Notes: generated by a model from the sequence alone, not told the origin. Shown: positions 27,501-40,850, numbered from the stretch's first letter. The stretch: 64,000 bases of DNA from Catajapyx aquilonaris (GCA_000934665.2 KZ538407.1:1-64000), one strand, 5' to 3'. Made by a program: numbers and translations.

Positions 27501-30500
27501 TGGCCGCGCTCGCCAGCTTCTCCAGGCCCACCACGTACCGGCGTTTAGCAGTGATGATCTCGCTGTGGGAAAAACGGGATGGTCACAATTTGAAAACCGA
27601 GACGGGAGGGGGGGCTCACTTTCTCTTTCTCTCCAGTAGCGACTCGTAGGTGGCCAGAAGCTCGATGTAGGACGTGGGTGTGACGTAATAGTGCCGCTGC
27701 AGCTCGGCCAGGAACTGGAAGCTCAGCTCCTCGGTTGAGGTGTGGAAGTACTGGCACATTTCGATGCAGCCTTCCCGCTCCAGCTCGGACAGCTCCATGT
27801 TGTCCAGCGCCCGCATCGCAACGGCCTGAAGCGCATCTGGCGGCCACGGCTGTTCGAAAACAGCCGGTTAAACAAAGCTACGTCGTGAGCAGCACCCGGC
27901 GGATTACCTGAAACCAATCGATGGTGCAGCAGTTGACCAGCGACGGGAACTTCCGCAGCCGGTTGCGGAAGGAGTCTCCGATGGGGCTCATTGCCAGGAC
28001 GATGTGCAGCTGCTCCTTGATCCGCTCGATGAACAGGTTGAACAAGGCCACGGGGCTTCCGTCCGTCTGCATGCTCTTGTCCCTCTGCCTGTCCCACTGG
28101 CGCATCTTCTCGCAGATCTCCTGCTTCTCGTCCGTCGGATACAGGTTGGGGACCTCGCCAGAGTTGAGCAGGCTGCTCACGTCCTCCAGGAACGACTCCT
28201 CCTTGATCTGCAAATTGGGCCGTAATGACGCCGCGGACACAAATGGGCGGAGGAACGTACCTGCGTGTCGGTGAAGAGGAAAACGGCGTGGGTGTCCGAG
28301 GTGATTGTCTTCCGGAGCATGGCCTTGACGTCCTCCCGCCACTCCGTCATTCCGTACCCTTTGTTGATCTCCACCTGGAACATCTCGTCGTCCGCTATGT
28401 GCGCGGCCAGTCGCGTCAGGGACTGCCGGCCCGACCCGCCAACCCCGACGAGCAGGCAGTGTCCGCTGGGCTGCTTCAGCACACGCGATATCTTGGACAG
28501 ATGCTCGATCGCGAACTTGAACAGCACCAGCCGCATCGGCTTCTTGCTCATGTTGTTGAACTCGTCCAGGTAGCCCTCGACAACCTCCCGGAGCTGCTGG
28601 AGGTCCAGGACCTCCGCGTAGAACCTGTTATCGTTCTTGGGGTCGCCAAAGTCACAGTAGATCAAGTTGCGGATGTCGTCTTCAATAACCTGGAATAGCC
28701 GGAATCGTCAGCAGGTTTTCATCTCGAATTGAACAATTCGGACCGACCTGTCCTTTCCGATCGACGTCCAGGCGGGCCATCAGCTCGTTGAAGTCCTCCT
28801 TCAGGCGGTACTCGCATATCTCCGACAGCGACGAGAACAGCCAGGCGCGGTCGTCGTCGTCCACCAGCCGGTCGTAGTACACCCTGAGCACCTCGTGGAC
28901 CCACAGCCGCTTGATGTCCGCAAGCGTCTTGGTGGTCTCCGGGACGGACAGCAGCACGCCTTGGATGACCCTGGCGAAGTCCCGCAGGTTGAACAGGTAG
29001 TGCGACTTGGCCGGAGTGGGCAGCAGGTTGGCCATGGCCTGCTTGTGCAGCACCAGCGTGGCGCTCACGATCTGCTCGATGCACGGGTCGAAGTCCTTGC
29101 TGAACCCCCGCGCGTCCAAGTGCCACAGGATGATGCGGCTGAAGATGTTCTCCATGATGGAGTCGTCGAACTCGTTCATGGTGATGGTGTTGAAGTGCCG
29201 GAGGAACCGAGCCGTCACGTTGTTCCGGCCGCCCCCCGGCGGCCCCATCGCGGCCACTATCTGCAGGTCGATCAGCTTCTGCGGCACAATCTCCTTGCGG
29301 TCGTACCAGAAGAAGTGGTCCACCCACTGCCGGAGCAGCTCTATGGGAGGCTGCGCCCCGTACGTCTCCACCTGCGGCATGTTCAGGTCGTCCACAAACA
29401 CGATGCACTTCTTCCCGACGGGCGGCCCAAAGACGCCCTTGCGCCGCTTGTCCAGCTTGCTCATTATTATGTCCTGAGTCTGGTTGGCGGACGTTTGCGC
29501 CGAGAAGTTGATTATAAGCGGCATGTACGTGTTCCGGGGCAACTTCCGCAGGACCGTGTCCTGCAAATTAGTCGCAATTAGCCCCGAAGCGATGGCGGCG
29601 AGGGCACCGCACCTACCGTTATGTACACAGACTTGCCGGTTCCCGTCGGACCGACGTACAGCAGGGGCTTCTGGTGCAGCACCAGCAACTTCATGAGGGC
29701 CGTGTACCGCACCGTATCCACAGTGGGCACGATGATCTGGTTCACCTGCGCCTCACGCGGGATGGGCGGCACGTTCTGCAGCTCCTCGTCCCACTTGTGC
29801 CACTCGCCCCTTTCCTGCGAACAATTCGTATTAGCGTCGCATGTAAGCCGTACGACCGAGGGCGCACCTCCTGCACGAAGAAGTACGAGTAGATGGACTC
29901 CTCCGTCGGGAACGACGTGAGCAGCTTCACTTTCTCCGCCTGCGCCAACGGTCCGGATCGCTTGCTGTTGATCAGCTGCTTGAAGAAGATGTCGAACTTG
30001 GAGCGTCCGGTGTCGTCGCAGCTGGCTCCCAGCGACCAGATGACCGAGAACATGAACATCCCCTCCAGCAGGCACTGCACGACTATGATGTCCAGAGTGG
30101 CCACGTGCTTCGGATCGGTCAGGACGCCCAGCTGGCACTCGAACAGGTTCATCGCGGATCTGGCCAGGTTCGAGTCGCTGGTAGGGGACAGCTCTTTGAT
30201 CCCGCACTTGCGGACAAAATGAAGGGTCGGCGGCAGGAAGTGCTCGAACATCCCCCGTATGTGCTTCAGGTACGGCTCGATCGTCTCCGGAAGGGTGTTC
30301 AGCCAGGAGTGCATGACCGGCTGCCATCCGAGGGACGCAGGCTCCATGTAGATCATCCCGCAGCGGGACACCGTCGCCGGCGAGGCCACCTCCAGGTCCA
30401 TGGGCTCGAATATCAAGTTGGTGGAGTTGGACAGCTGGATGATCTCGCCGGACATGAGGCACAGCTTCTTGTTGTCGTCCAGAACCGTGTTCATGTTCTC

Positions 30501-33500
30501 GATCCAAACCGCGTCGACAGGCCCGTCGAATATCAACCACTTGCTGCGGACAGAAAAAGTGCTGTACTAAACGCCTTTCGAGATGAGGGATGCTTACCGG
30601 TCCGGAGAGGTCGACACCGCGAAATTCCGGTAGTTGACGGCCAAGATGCCATCGGACCACTCGTGGGAAGCCGGATCGAACTGCCCGTACAGCTGTCCCA
30701 TCGTGATCGACTTGGGGTTGATGATTGCGACCTGAACCTTGTTCTCCTCCATCTCGCCCTGGAATAAAAAGTCAGTCAGCCGCACATTGCTGGTCGCCCG
30801 AATCGACTCACTCTCTCGCACATGTCCCCCAGTCCGCCGGCCAGCGCCCGATACGAGGAGGTCTTCCCTCCGAAGGGCAGCCCCACGATCATGAACCCAT
30901 GCCGCACTATCATCATCTCGTATATCTGCTGGATCTTCTCCAGGAAGAAGTCCGTGCACTGCAGGTTCATCTTGATGCAGTTCTCCTTCACGGCTATGTT
31001 CAGCAGGTCGTAGTCCGGGACCGGGAGCTCGATGCCGGGGAACAAGTCGGACGTGATGCCCTGCGTAAAATCAAGGATGAAAATTTTTGCCAACTTCGAA
31101 AGCGGGAGTCGCGCTCGTACCTGAAAGAGGGGAAGGTCCTGCGCAAGAAACTTGGCCAGGTTCACATCCTTGATGGACCTCAGAACGAGAATGTCCTCCT
31201 GTTCGTCCGGGTACTTCAGCTTCAGGTTTCCGGCTGCGGTCAGCACCGACTTCACGGCTCGCATTCCTGAAACGGCAACAGGCGGATTAATTCGAGTTCA
31301 ATCCGGTTCAACCCAGGTACGTACCGTAATCGTAATGGTGCTGCGACGACAGCTGCTCCGAGCAGAGACGATAAGTTGCGACGATCTTGACCGAGAGCGG
31401 CCGGGCCGTGACGAACCCAAACGAGTACAGGACAATCTCGGAGATCAATGCGTAGTCCGGCACCATCATGGCCACGGATCGGAACAGCGCCTTCAGGTTG
31501 TCCGGCAGCTCCGATCGTCCCGCGTAACCCGGGTTCATCGTGATGAAGGTGGCGCAGGTCGGATCCAAAGTCAGCTCCGTCCCTTCAAAAAGAAGGGTCG
31601 ACGAACCGGAATTGATCCCGCGCTGGATGGTCAAAATCTGCTGAGCCACCACCGACAGCACCTGCGGAATGAGCCGGTTATTAATTAGCCAATCTTTAAA
31701 AAAATGGGGGCTCACCTCGAGGTCAATTCGGTTGAACTCGTCGAAGCAGGACCATGCGCCGCAGGAAGCCAGACCCTTGAAGAACTTCCCCAATGCGATG
31801 TAATCCAATCCGTCGGAGCAGTTGAACACGACGCACTGCTTCGCAACGGCCTTCGCCAGATCCTTGGTCGTCTCGGTCTTCCCGGTGCCGGCCGGACCCT
31901 CGGGAGCCCCGCCCAAATGCAGATGCAGGGCGCCGAATAGCGTCCGGTAGCAGCGGTCAGTCAGCGGCGTGATGACCAGCCTGGGAGTGTTTCCGAGGTA
32001 CTCGTACCCGTACGGAAGCATCGAGTTGATCATTCGCGTCAGCATATTGTCCTCCACCCAGTAGTAGCGCAATTGGGCCAGCCAAGTGAAGTCGTTGGGC
32101 TCGCTCACGTTCAGCTTGACCAGCTCGGCCAGTACGTCTCTGGCGTGGACGTCCAGCACGACCAGAGCTCCCAAGGTGACCCGGTTCTGCTTGTTCAGCT
32201 TCCCTCTGACGAGAGCGACCACCTCGTCTATCTGGTGGTTGTTCAGGTCCAGGAATTTCTGGAGGGTGGTCGGGTCCTTCACCTCGAAGGAGTCCTGGAT
32301 GTCGAGCGTCCAGTAGAGCTGCGAGACGGCCAGGACGGCCTGTCCCGCGTAGTCCAGCACCCACTCGGCTCGCGGGCGGTCCTTGTAGCCGGCTATGGCC
32401 TCGACGATCACGTTCCGGACGCTCGTCTTCATCAGGATCTCCAGCTCCTTCAGCCAGATCTCGACTTGCCCACGGGCAGCCGCGGTGCTGATAACGGCGG
32501 TCAGCGCGACGGACTCATCCTCGCTTGAGATCATCCGCGTGACATCCAAATCCTCGGTGAAGTTCAGCCGAGCGATTCCTTCGAAGCACTTCTTCAGATG
32601 CGGCTGCACCCTGCGGAACAAATTGTTACGTACAGCCGCGATTGACAAGCGAGCGTCCGCACCTGGTCGGATCCTTGGTCTCCGAGAGGATTTCCAGCAG
32701 CTCGTCGTTGGACAGGAAGAAGAAGCGGGGGAAGTACAGCCGCTTCTTCTCCAGGTAGTCGTTCAGCCCCTTCTGGATCAGCTCCAGGAGCTCGTTGGAC
32801 TTCTTCAGCCGCTCCAGCATCTTGTCGATGGACAGAACGGACATTACGTTCTTGTCCGTATTCGTGGTCTTCATGATGTCCCTCCAGGTCTGCCGTAAAG
32901 AGCATGCCAATGAGAGCGCAAAGAAACAAAAGGGGAGCTCATCCTGCGAACCTTATCGACCGTGGTGAACCGCCTTCCTTCTTCCGGCATCTGCGCCATG
33001 ATGTCCGGAGACGAAAAGATGGGCTCCAGGTACAGCCAAGTCGCCTGGACCTTCAGCCAGTCGTCCAGAATCTCCTGGAGGGTCAGCATCTTGCGCTCCC
33101 ACTCGCTGCGGCGGAACAAGCGGGTTTAAAAACAAGCGGCATAAACGTGCCGCAAACGGACTCACGTGATTTGGGCCTCGAAGGGCTTGATGAATGCGGA
33201 TCCTCGCATCGTCTGCGTCTTCACGATGTGGTCGTCCAACAGCAGCTGGATGTCGTCCACCGAGGCCACGACGTACGTTCCGGTCTCGCGGTACGGGACA
33301 ATGTGGAACTCCATCCCGGCCCATTCGGACTGCATCTTGTTCATTCCCTTCTCAAGCGAATGCTCCTTCGTGGCCGCCTCGCTGATCCCTTCAAACTTGG
33401 GGATGAACTCGTCCAGGTTCATCTCGATCACCTTGGCCAGGGTCGTCTGCGAGTCCGCCCGCAGAGGGAAGCCCACCACTTCGGACACCTTCTCCCAATG

Positions 33501-36500
33501 GCGGTCCCTCAGGCCCGGGTTGCCCAGGGTCTGCACGATAGGCAGGTGCTCCTTGAACTCCTCGATCCTATTCCGCACTTCGAACACCATGTCCTTTGTC
33601 GTGGGCGAGTCGGAGAAGCCCTTCTCCAGCTTGTACACCGTCCGGTAGAGGGTCATCGTCTCCTGCTCCACGTCCTCGGGGTTGTACGTCCCGATCTTGC
33701 CGCTCATCCACCTCTCGTAGTTGCCCATGAAGGTGTTGGCCGTCTCGTAGAAACGCAGGTACGGGTTCAGCATGTCCGCCACCTGCCTCCGGACGGGGTA
33801 CTTGCTCTCCTCCCATCCGAACGCAGCTTCCTCCGTGTTGAACTGTTCGACCTTGTCCGCGGCCGCCTCCAGCTTCCCGTTCAGATGCTGCGCCTTCTTC
33901 AGGTAGCGAGGAAGGTCGTCAAGCTCGTCGTACAGCAGGAACTCATCGGCCATCTTCCGGTAGGCTTCCAGGTCGTCGATGAACCGCTCGCGTCTCAACT
34001 GCAAGGCAGACAGATCAGAAGCCGCCAGATAATAACCCGGGGGACACAAACCTTGAGCGAATCCTGGAAGTCGGCCGTCTTGTCCTTCATGATGGTGTAG
34101 TGCTCGTCGAACACAGCCGGCATGCGTCGTTCCCAGCATACCAGTATCTGCTGTGCTTTCATGTCAATCGGCGATATGGTCGTCCGGTCGGCCAGTGCGG
34201 AGAAGCGGCGGGACAGGTCCTTCAGGAGCTCCTGCAGCTTGGCGAGCTTCTCGTCCTGAATCAGCTGGACGGCCTCCTTCTGCTCCATCAGCTGGGCCGT
34301 GTTGCCCGGTATGCTGAGCGCCCTCTCCGCAATGTTCTCGAAGGAGTTGGTCAGGTCCTTAACGGCAAGGGCGTGATCCTCGACCACTTTGGTCATCAGC
34401 CGCTCGCGAAGGGCGTCCGTCTTCTGCACCAGCCCGTGAATCAGCTGCTCGCAATGCACCTCGTAGATGCCGATGTACATAACCCGCACGTTGTCGCATG
34501 CAATCTTGTCCGCAACGACCTGCAGCTCGTCCAGCTTGTCCATGGTCGCCTTGAAGGTTGGCGTTGACTCCATGAACTCCTCCAGCTCTGCCTCGGCCGT
34601 TCCGTCGTATATGAAGTTGTACTGGCCGTACGTCTCAGCGTGTGCGGTCGGACCCTGATTCTGCTCAGCTAGGAAGTTCTGCACCCGCTTCTTCGCAGCC
34701 TCCACAATTTCAGGCAGGATCGTCGGCTGCAACAACCGGATTAGACAGGTCCACAAACATCAACGGCCCCCAACATACCTTCAAATACTCAACGACATCG
34801 GTGCTGATTCCCGATGCCCGACATTCAACCCGCTGGATCGTTGCCACTGCGGCTACATGTCGGTCGAACACCGACAGCAGCGTCCGCTCCCACTCTGCGT
34901 ACGACGGATCGGGCAACAGCTCCCGTCCACTAGACACCAGCCGCATCACAAACTTGGGCTTCACGTCGTCAAACTGCGGACAAATGCGTTACGTACGAAC
35001 AGCTGCAGTACTGATCCAACTTACCCGAGCGCAGCAGAGATAGTCCGCATAGTCCTGGATACTACTGAGACATAGACTCTGAAGATGCCGTTCCATGAGC
35101 GTACCCAGGCAGTTGAAGAAGCTGCGTAGCCGCCTGGGTTTTTCCATGGGCGGTACGACGCCCGGCTTACGTGAGCAGACGTTGATGGCATTGTTGACTG
35201 ACGGCATCCACTTGCGGTTCAGCTCCACCACCGCAATCTCCATGTGGTTGTGCGCCTGCTTCTGGAAGTCGCTTATCTCCAGCGGATCCGTCCGTTCCAG
35301 CAGCAAAGTCGGGTTGAGGAGCCGCAACTTGCTGAACATTGTCTCCCAAATGTCGTGCACTCGGGCCATGCAGATCGAGTACGCGTGCAGGCGGTACATG
35401 ACGTACCGCTTGGCAAACACAATGTCCCGGTTCCACGGCTTGGGCATCACGAGCAGCTCCTGGGGGAGGGTCAGCTGCGGGATGGGCCGCCACGGAGACG
35501 CAACAGGGTCGGCGTCGCACAGCACAAAGTCCATCACAGACTTCTTCATGGCCAGGAGGTACAGCTCGCACACATGGTCCGACAGCTGCCCGGCCGACTT
35601 GGCCAGACTGTTCCGGAGGTACTCCGGCACCTGGTTCAGTATGTTGCACAGCCAGTCGGTGGGCAACGGGCCGACCTTCTCCGTCGCGATGCCGTTGTGC
35701 ATGTAGTAGTAGTATCGCAGCCGTTCCCAATCCAATGTGTCGTCAGCCGGGGTCAGCTTCTGTACACGCTGCAGCTGCACCTCCCGCTCCTCCCCTTTCA
35801 TCAGGTCAACCAGCAACGAGCGGTAGTTGGCCCGCTTCTTTATCATCCCCAGGTAGTCCCACAGCTTCCCTTCCTGCGGACACAACCAGTTAGCTTTGGC
35901 TCCGTCAATGAACACTACAGTGGCATTTCCAACTGAACATTATTGTGGCTATGCCAGTGGGTTTTCCAGTGATCATCACAGCAGCTTCTCCAAATGAACA
36001 TTATAGTCGCTGTTCCAATGAACGTTATTGTGGCTGTTCAAATGAACATTATTGTGGCTTTTCCAATAATTATGAACCTTATTGTGGCTATGCCAATTGA
36101 ACGTTACGGTGGCTTTTCCAGTGATCATTACAGCGGCTTCTCCAAATGAAGGTTATAGTGGCTGTTCAAATGAACATTATTGTGGCTTTTCCAATTTATG
36201 AACGTTATTGTGGCTCTGCCAATAAGCAAGTATGGAGGCTCACCCTTTTTTTCCTCTTGTTTTCCGTTTTTATTGGCTCAATTTCATGAATTTCAAGGAA
36301 GATGTGGATTCCCTAATGAACGTTATTGTGGCTTTTCCAATTTATGAACGTTATTGTGGCTCTGCCAATAAGCAAGTATGAATACCCACCCTTTTTTCCT
36401 CTAGTTTTCCGTTTTTAATTGGCTCAATTTCAAGGAAGACGTGGATTCCCTAATGAACGTTATTGTGGCTTTTCCAATAACGAACGTTATTGTGGCTTTT

Positions 36501-36769
36501 CCAATAATGAACGTTATTGTGTGGCTTTTTCCAATAATGAACGTTATTGTGGCTGTGCCAATAATGAGAGCAAGTAGTATGGAGATGGAGACTCGTACCC
36601 TTTTCTTCCCCTTGTTTTCCACTTGGCTTTTGGGTTTGGTCCCAGGCAAGGTGTAGAGGTCCTTCCTGAGCATCTTCTGCTTGTCGTTTGGCACAGCGGA
36701 GGTGACCATCACTCTCTTGACCGGCCTCCTGGGCATGGGGACGCCGAGGGCGGCCAGCCGTTCCTCCAT
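21564..36769 (-). CDS. DNAH7: Axonemal inner-arm dynein heavy chain, DNAH7-like, complete multi-exon gene
   Basis: AAA1 GPAGTGKT and [11 protein letters not shown]2 [11 protein letters not shown]3 [11 protein letters not shown]4 GVGGSGRQ, stalk/MTBD, C-terminus [14 protein letters not shown]...[16 protein letters not shown]-terminal [18 protein letters not shown]...KKSVMDFVL recalls DNAH7. Most introns ~50-65 nt; first coding exon 36599-36769, last 21564-21770. Confidence 0.93.
35907..36565. repeat. Minisatellite (~24-27-bp unit AATGAACGTTATTGTGGCTTTTCCAAT) in DNAH7 first coding intron, with higher-order duplication
   Basis: Many degenerate copies. The block ...TTGGCTCAATTTCA...GTGGATTCCCTAATGAACG occurs twice (~36260-36345 and ~36405-36480). 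Confidence 0.9.
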
Positions 36770-36939
36770 GGTCTGCAATGCGAGGGGGACAATCATTAGA
36801 CAATGCGCGGTACACACACCTCAATCCTGTATAATATTATATAAACGAACCAGCTCCGATTTTCAGCAACAAAATTGGCCACGAAAAATCACTCCACGAA
36901 CTAATCGACGGGGCGGATTGATTGTTGACGGGGCAGGGG

Positions 36940-37190
36940 GCGTCCGTCTCCGGGGAAACCGACGCCCACCGTATCCGAGAGAGTCATTACGGTAGCGGCG
37001 GCGGCGGCGGGGGAATTCGAAAATTCGAAAATTCGAAAATTCGGCGAGGGACCAATCAGAGAGAGAGAGACACTCGCGGCCAATCAGAGACACGCACTCG
37101 CGGCCAATCAAAGACACGCACTCGCGGCCAATCAGAATGAGGGCAGGTGACGTAACAGTCACGTGATGACGCCATCGGGCGCCATCTTGT
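36940..37190. promoter_or_regulatory. Putative bidirectional promoter shared by DNAH7 and Rag-like copy 1
   Basis: X-box-like GTCTCCGGGGAAAC (36946-36959), four CCAAT boxes (37052, 37080, 37104, 37128), TGACGTAA (37148), E-box GTCACGTGAT (37158-37167) and YY1-like CGCCATCTTG (37180). Lies between divergent start codons at 36769 and 37461. Confidence 0.7.
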
Positions 37191-37460
37191 ATTCGCTTTC
37201 CAACGGCCGAAGAAGAGGGATCCGCTGGCGTCGCGTCGTTCTATTCGGTTCTTCGTGCTGTGGAAGAAGCCCTGTTGGTTTGTGGACTGGGTCCTGACAA
37301 GGCAGGGTAGTAGAAGATACATAGACTGTGGAGACAGGTCGTGGAAACACAAGGTCAGTTCAAAAGGGGGGTCAGAAGTAGGCGAGAGGAAGGGGGGCTG
37401 GGGTGGGGAAAAAAGTCCTGTTCCAATTTGCAGAGAGAATAATAATAAGCGAGCACAGCG

Positions 37461-39700
37461 ATGGATCAGAAGTTTAACCGTGCACCGTGCGGACCAAAGA
37501 CTGGGGCAGTCCCCAAACGACCGGTGGTTGCTGGACCCAGGGCAGAGGAGGCTGCTTTGGAGGAGACAATGGCTGGGCTGAAATTGGGCAGGGCGCAGAT
37601 GGAACGTCGAAATGTGCCTGCTCGTCGACCCCATCAGGCTGCGGGGATGGCACCCAGACCACCCCATGCACCAGCCACACAGCCTCCGCATCTAAACGGG
37701 GCACTAGAATACTGCAATAAGCGCTCCGTCATTATTGTAGGCACTCCGAAGTAAGTACCAGTACCTGTCCATTGGAATTGTTGCAATGAGCACTCACACC
37801 ATTGGTTGCTGCAGAGGTGGCAAAACCTACGTGAAGCGCACGGCATTTGGTGTGGAGAATGCAACTCACATCCAGCAAGGAGGTGTGCAGGTCCACGACC
37901 TGTCCTCACTTTCGTTCTTCCCGCTGCTGGTCAAGGAAGTTCCAGGCGATTCGACAAGAAAGATCGACCCTCGGCTGTTGTCCACAGGACAGTCCCTTGC
38001 AGCCTTCCTCTGCGTCGTCGGTGTCGCACCTAAGGTGAGTAATATTAACCACTACACACCACAACTGCACTACTGCATACTATCGGGTTCAAATACTTTT
38101 GGCCACTTTATCCTGGTCTTGACGCAACCCTTCTCACACACCCCATGTTAAGAAGGTGTGTGAGTGTGAAGGGTTGCTTCAAGACCAGGATAAAGTGGCC
38201 AAAAGTATTTGAACCCTATAGTATCAACAGTTCAAAAAGAATTGTCCCAGTCATCCTGACGTGTGGGCTGGCCGCTCGACACACACCATGTAAGTTACAT
38301 GGTGTGTGTCGAGCGGGCAGCACACACATCAGGATGACTGGGACAATTCTTTTTGAACTGATGATACATGCCAATATTTGTTTCATGCAGGACACGGAGG
38401 AGACCATTTGCAACTCCATTAATCTACTGGCTAAGGCCCTACAAGCAAGCAACCAGCAGGCTCGCGTCTACATCCTGCTCAATTGGTTTGGGCAGGAGAG
38501 ACTGACCACAGCGATGGGTGTGCGGAAGAAGATTAGAGGGATCTTGCAAGTACCACTGTGCAATGAGAGCCATCCGCCTCAACTGCTGGAGTCCATACAC
38601 TCCCACGAAGATATGAAGATGGTGGGTGAGGTCATCATCCGCAACCTGTTTGCATCAGAAGTGCAGGAGATGAATGCATTCCTGCAGGAACTGCTCAAGG
38701 TGAGTCAAGTGGGATATTACCTTCCCACTGCAATCGTGTCACTTACTATGAGCAAGAACAATGACTGCCATTCATAACACTACTGAGTTTGCAAATGTAA
38801 ATTCATATTCATTGTCACTCTTTCATTTCACGCCCAAAATCATGCCACTGGACAAAAATCCTCAACAGTGTTGCTAATAGTTGCATTAAACAAGCTGGAT
38901 ATTCCAGGCATTGGCTGAACGTTATTGTTTGTATACTGCTGGGGGATAACACCATGTACTTTATTGCTACTGTGTTGAGTATATTACAAGACTGTGGTCT
39001 CTGCTGTTATTGCTTTCAGAACCACCCCGCAAGTACAGCCTGCTTAATAGACAACAGGAGGCAGCCAATTGTTCTCCAGCCATGCGGCATAGAGACCCCC
39101 TGGATGATGCAGATCTATAGGGCAGCTCCAACTGCACTACAGGGGTAAACATCATGAGAGGATTTTTCCGTGCCGATATTTACACACCTCATTTTACTAC
39201 TTTTTGACAGCAAGGACAACGGCCAGGAGGTTGGAGGTGTAGTGGAAGTGCAAGGCGAGCTTGGTGTTTTCAGGACGATCTGGCGTATCCATGACAGAAT
39301 GTTCCTGTGCATTCTCTCCAACGAAGGTGACATAGGTAAGCTTTAATTGTTGTGGGGTGCATCGCACTTATTTGGGGTGTTGCGTGCCCATAGTCCAGGA
39401 GGAGAGAAGTGGGAGATCAAGTGTAATCCTGCTGTCCATTTGTTTCACGGGAAGCAAGAAACTGCAAGTGAATGTGGCTTTGTTGCTTATCCTTAAACTG
39501 CTTGCAATGGGAGTGACCAATTCACAACTTTTCCCTTCTGCCCTCCTCTTCGGCAGTGGACTGGAAAGTGAGCCGCCTTTTATACGATTTAATTTTGGAT
39601 TTCCTTTATTCCAGGTGTATCTCTGGAAACTGTCTTGGATATAAATGATATGGTGTGCCGAGCACGCCATAGGTTCATCACCTGGCCGCCATTGGGGTAG
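37461..39700 (+). CDS. Divergent RagC/D (Gtr2)-like GTPase-fold protein, copy 1; exons 37461-37750, 37815-38034, 38391-38699, 39020-39144, 39211-39335, 39615-39700 (optional exon 39394-39567)
   Basis: Spliced product has VIIVGTPKGGKT (P-loop), VHDLSSLSFFPLLVKEVPGD and LAAFLCVVGV. GT-AG junctions are in frame, and intron positions/phases match copies 2 and 3. Confidence 0.75.
38085..38216. mobile_element. Hairpin MITE family D in intron 2 of Rag-like copy 1
   Basis: About 50-bp near-perfect arms (TTTGGCCACTTTATCCTGGTCTTGA...); same family at 43753-43870. Confidence 0.8.
38221..38367. mobile_element. Second hairpin MITE in intron 2 of Rag-like copy 1
   Basis: Near-perfect ~145-bp fold-back (GTATCA.CAGTTCAAAAAGAATTGTCCCAGTCATCCTGA...TCAGGATGACTGGGACAATTCTTTTTGAACTG.TGATAC). 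Confidence 0.8.
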
Positions 39701-40850
39701 TTTGTGGGACACTTACCGCTTTTTTACACTTAAAAAGGACAGGCCGCATTTTCTTAACAAGCTTGCCCTTGACGGTAATAAAACGAAACTAAGAAGTCAT
39801 ATCCAATCTTCAGACTCAGATTATGTTTCCAGATTAAGGCAAAATTTGACACTTTGACATGACACTTAAAGCCCATCCACTCCTTCTCGTGCAGCACATG
39901 CCTACTTCCGCTTCCCCTCCCACCTCATGACATGATTGCCAGCCCTAAAATGCATCCCACGGACATGGTTACAGAAGGATTTACTGAAATCCAACGGCAG
40001 TCAGGTTAAGGGTATGTTGCGAATGAAAGCACCCACAGCCTTGTCCGTTACGGTGTTCAGTATTCCTAGGAGACATGCCAAGTCTGGTGAGATGTCGAAA
40101 ATGCAATTGGGATGGTCCTGTGTAATTAAGGGTTATGCCGACCGTCATCAGTTATTCTCAGCCACATTTGGATACTTTCGGAATGGCCATGTCTGCTCTC
40201 AATCCGTCCATGAATATGCCTTGCGGTGTGTCACAAGTATTTACGACTATGCATTGTTTACATTTCTTCTTCTTTTTCAATAAAGTAGCCTAGTGGTTCT
40301 ATACAAATTGTGCATGATTTGATGTCCCCATACACCATACACGTAATGCGAGTCAACCGCAAAAGTAGGAGTCCACCCCGTGACAATGGCAACTGCTTGA
40401 GGTAAACAGTCCCTGCCAACATGGTCACACGGATGTCAACAAATGGGGCCATTCTTAATGCCAGCAGGAGACGGGCATTAGAACAGGTCGCTTCCGATCA
40501 ATAAAAGATGCTCACAAGCACAAGGGAAGTGTTGTCCGTGGAGTTTCTGAATGCAACTTGGCACAATAATATAGGCAGGTAAGTTATTAAAAGAAAATGC
40601 AAACAATTTAGGCGGACGTCCACGAGGTCAAAACTTCTCGAACTCACAAGGGACACTTTCCAAGGTCTCGCAGATTTTTCTTGAAATTCGGTACATTTGG
40701 TAGGCCACCCCCAAGGGATGAAAAACGCACCTAAAGTGACCTGCTCAAAATGAACCAGTTGACCGGGGGGGCAGAGGTCAACTCTTAAATTCGGTGCATT
40801 GGTAGCCCCCAAAAAGGGGCCATCGGGTCATTTTGAGCAGATCACTTTAG

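Noticed and set aside
23083..35936. Many long antisense and alternate-frame ORFs over DNAH7
   Set aside because: Expected shadow ORFs from strongly GC3-biased codon usage; no recognisable domains.
36401..36598. ORF extension with ATITFIIGK repeats
   Set aside because: Read-through past the DNAH7 first-exon donor into an intronic minisatellite.
37010..37045. Heat-shock element in (AATTCGAA)n
   Set aside because: TTC and GAA abut without the 2-nt spacing needed for a contiguous nGAAn array; treated as a simple repeat.
39390..39570. Intron-embedded RNase P RNA (superficial similarity of ACCAATTCACAACT to the 3' conserved region)
   Set aside because: Too short, and the other conserved regions and P4 pairing cannot be identified; left to an Infernal search.
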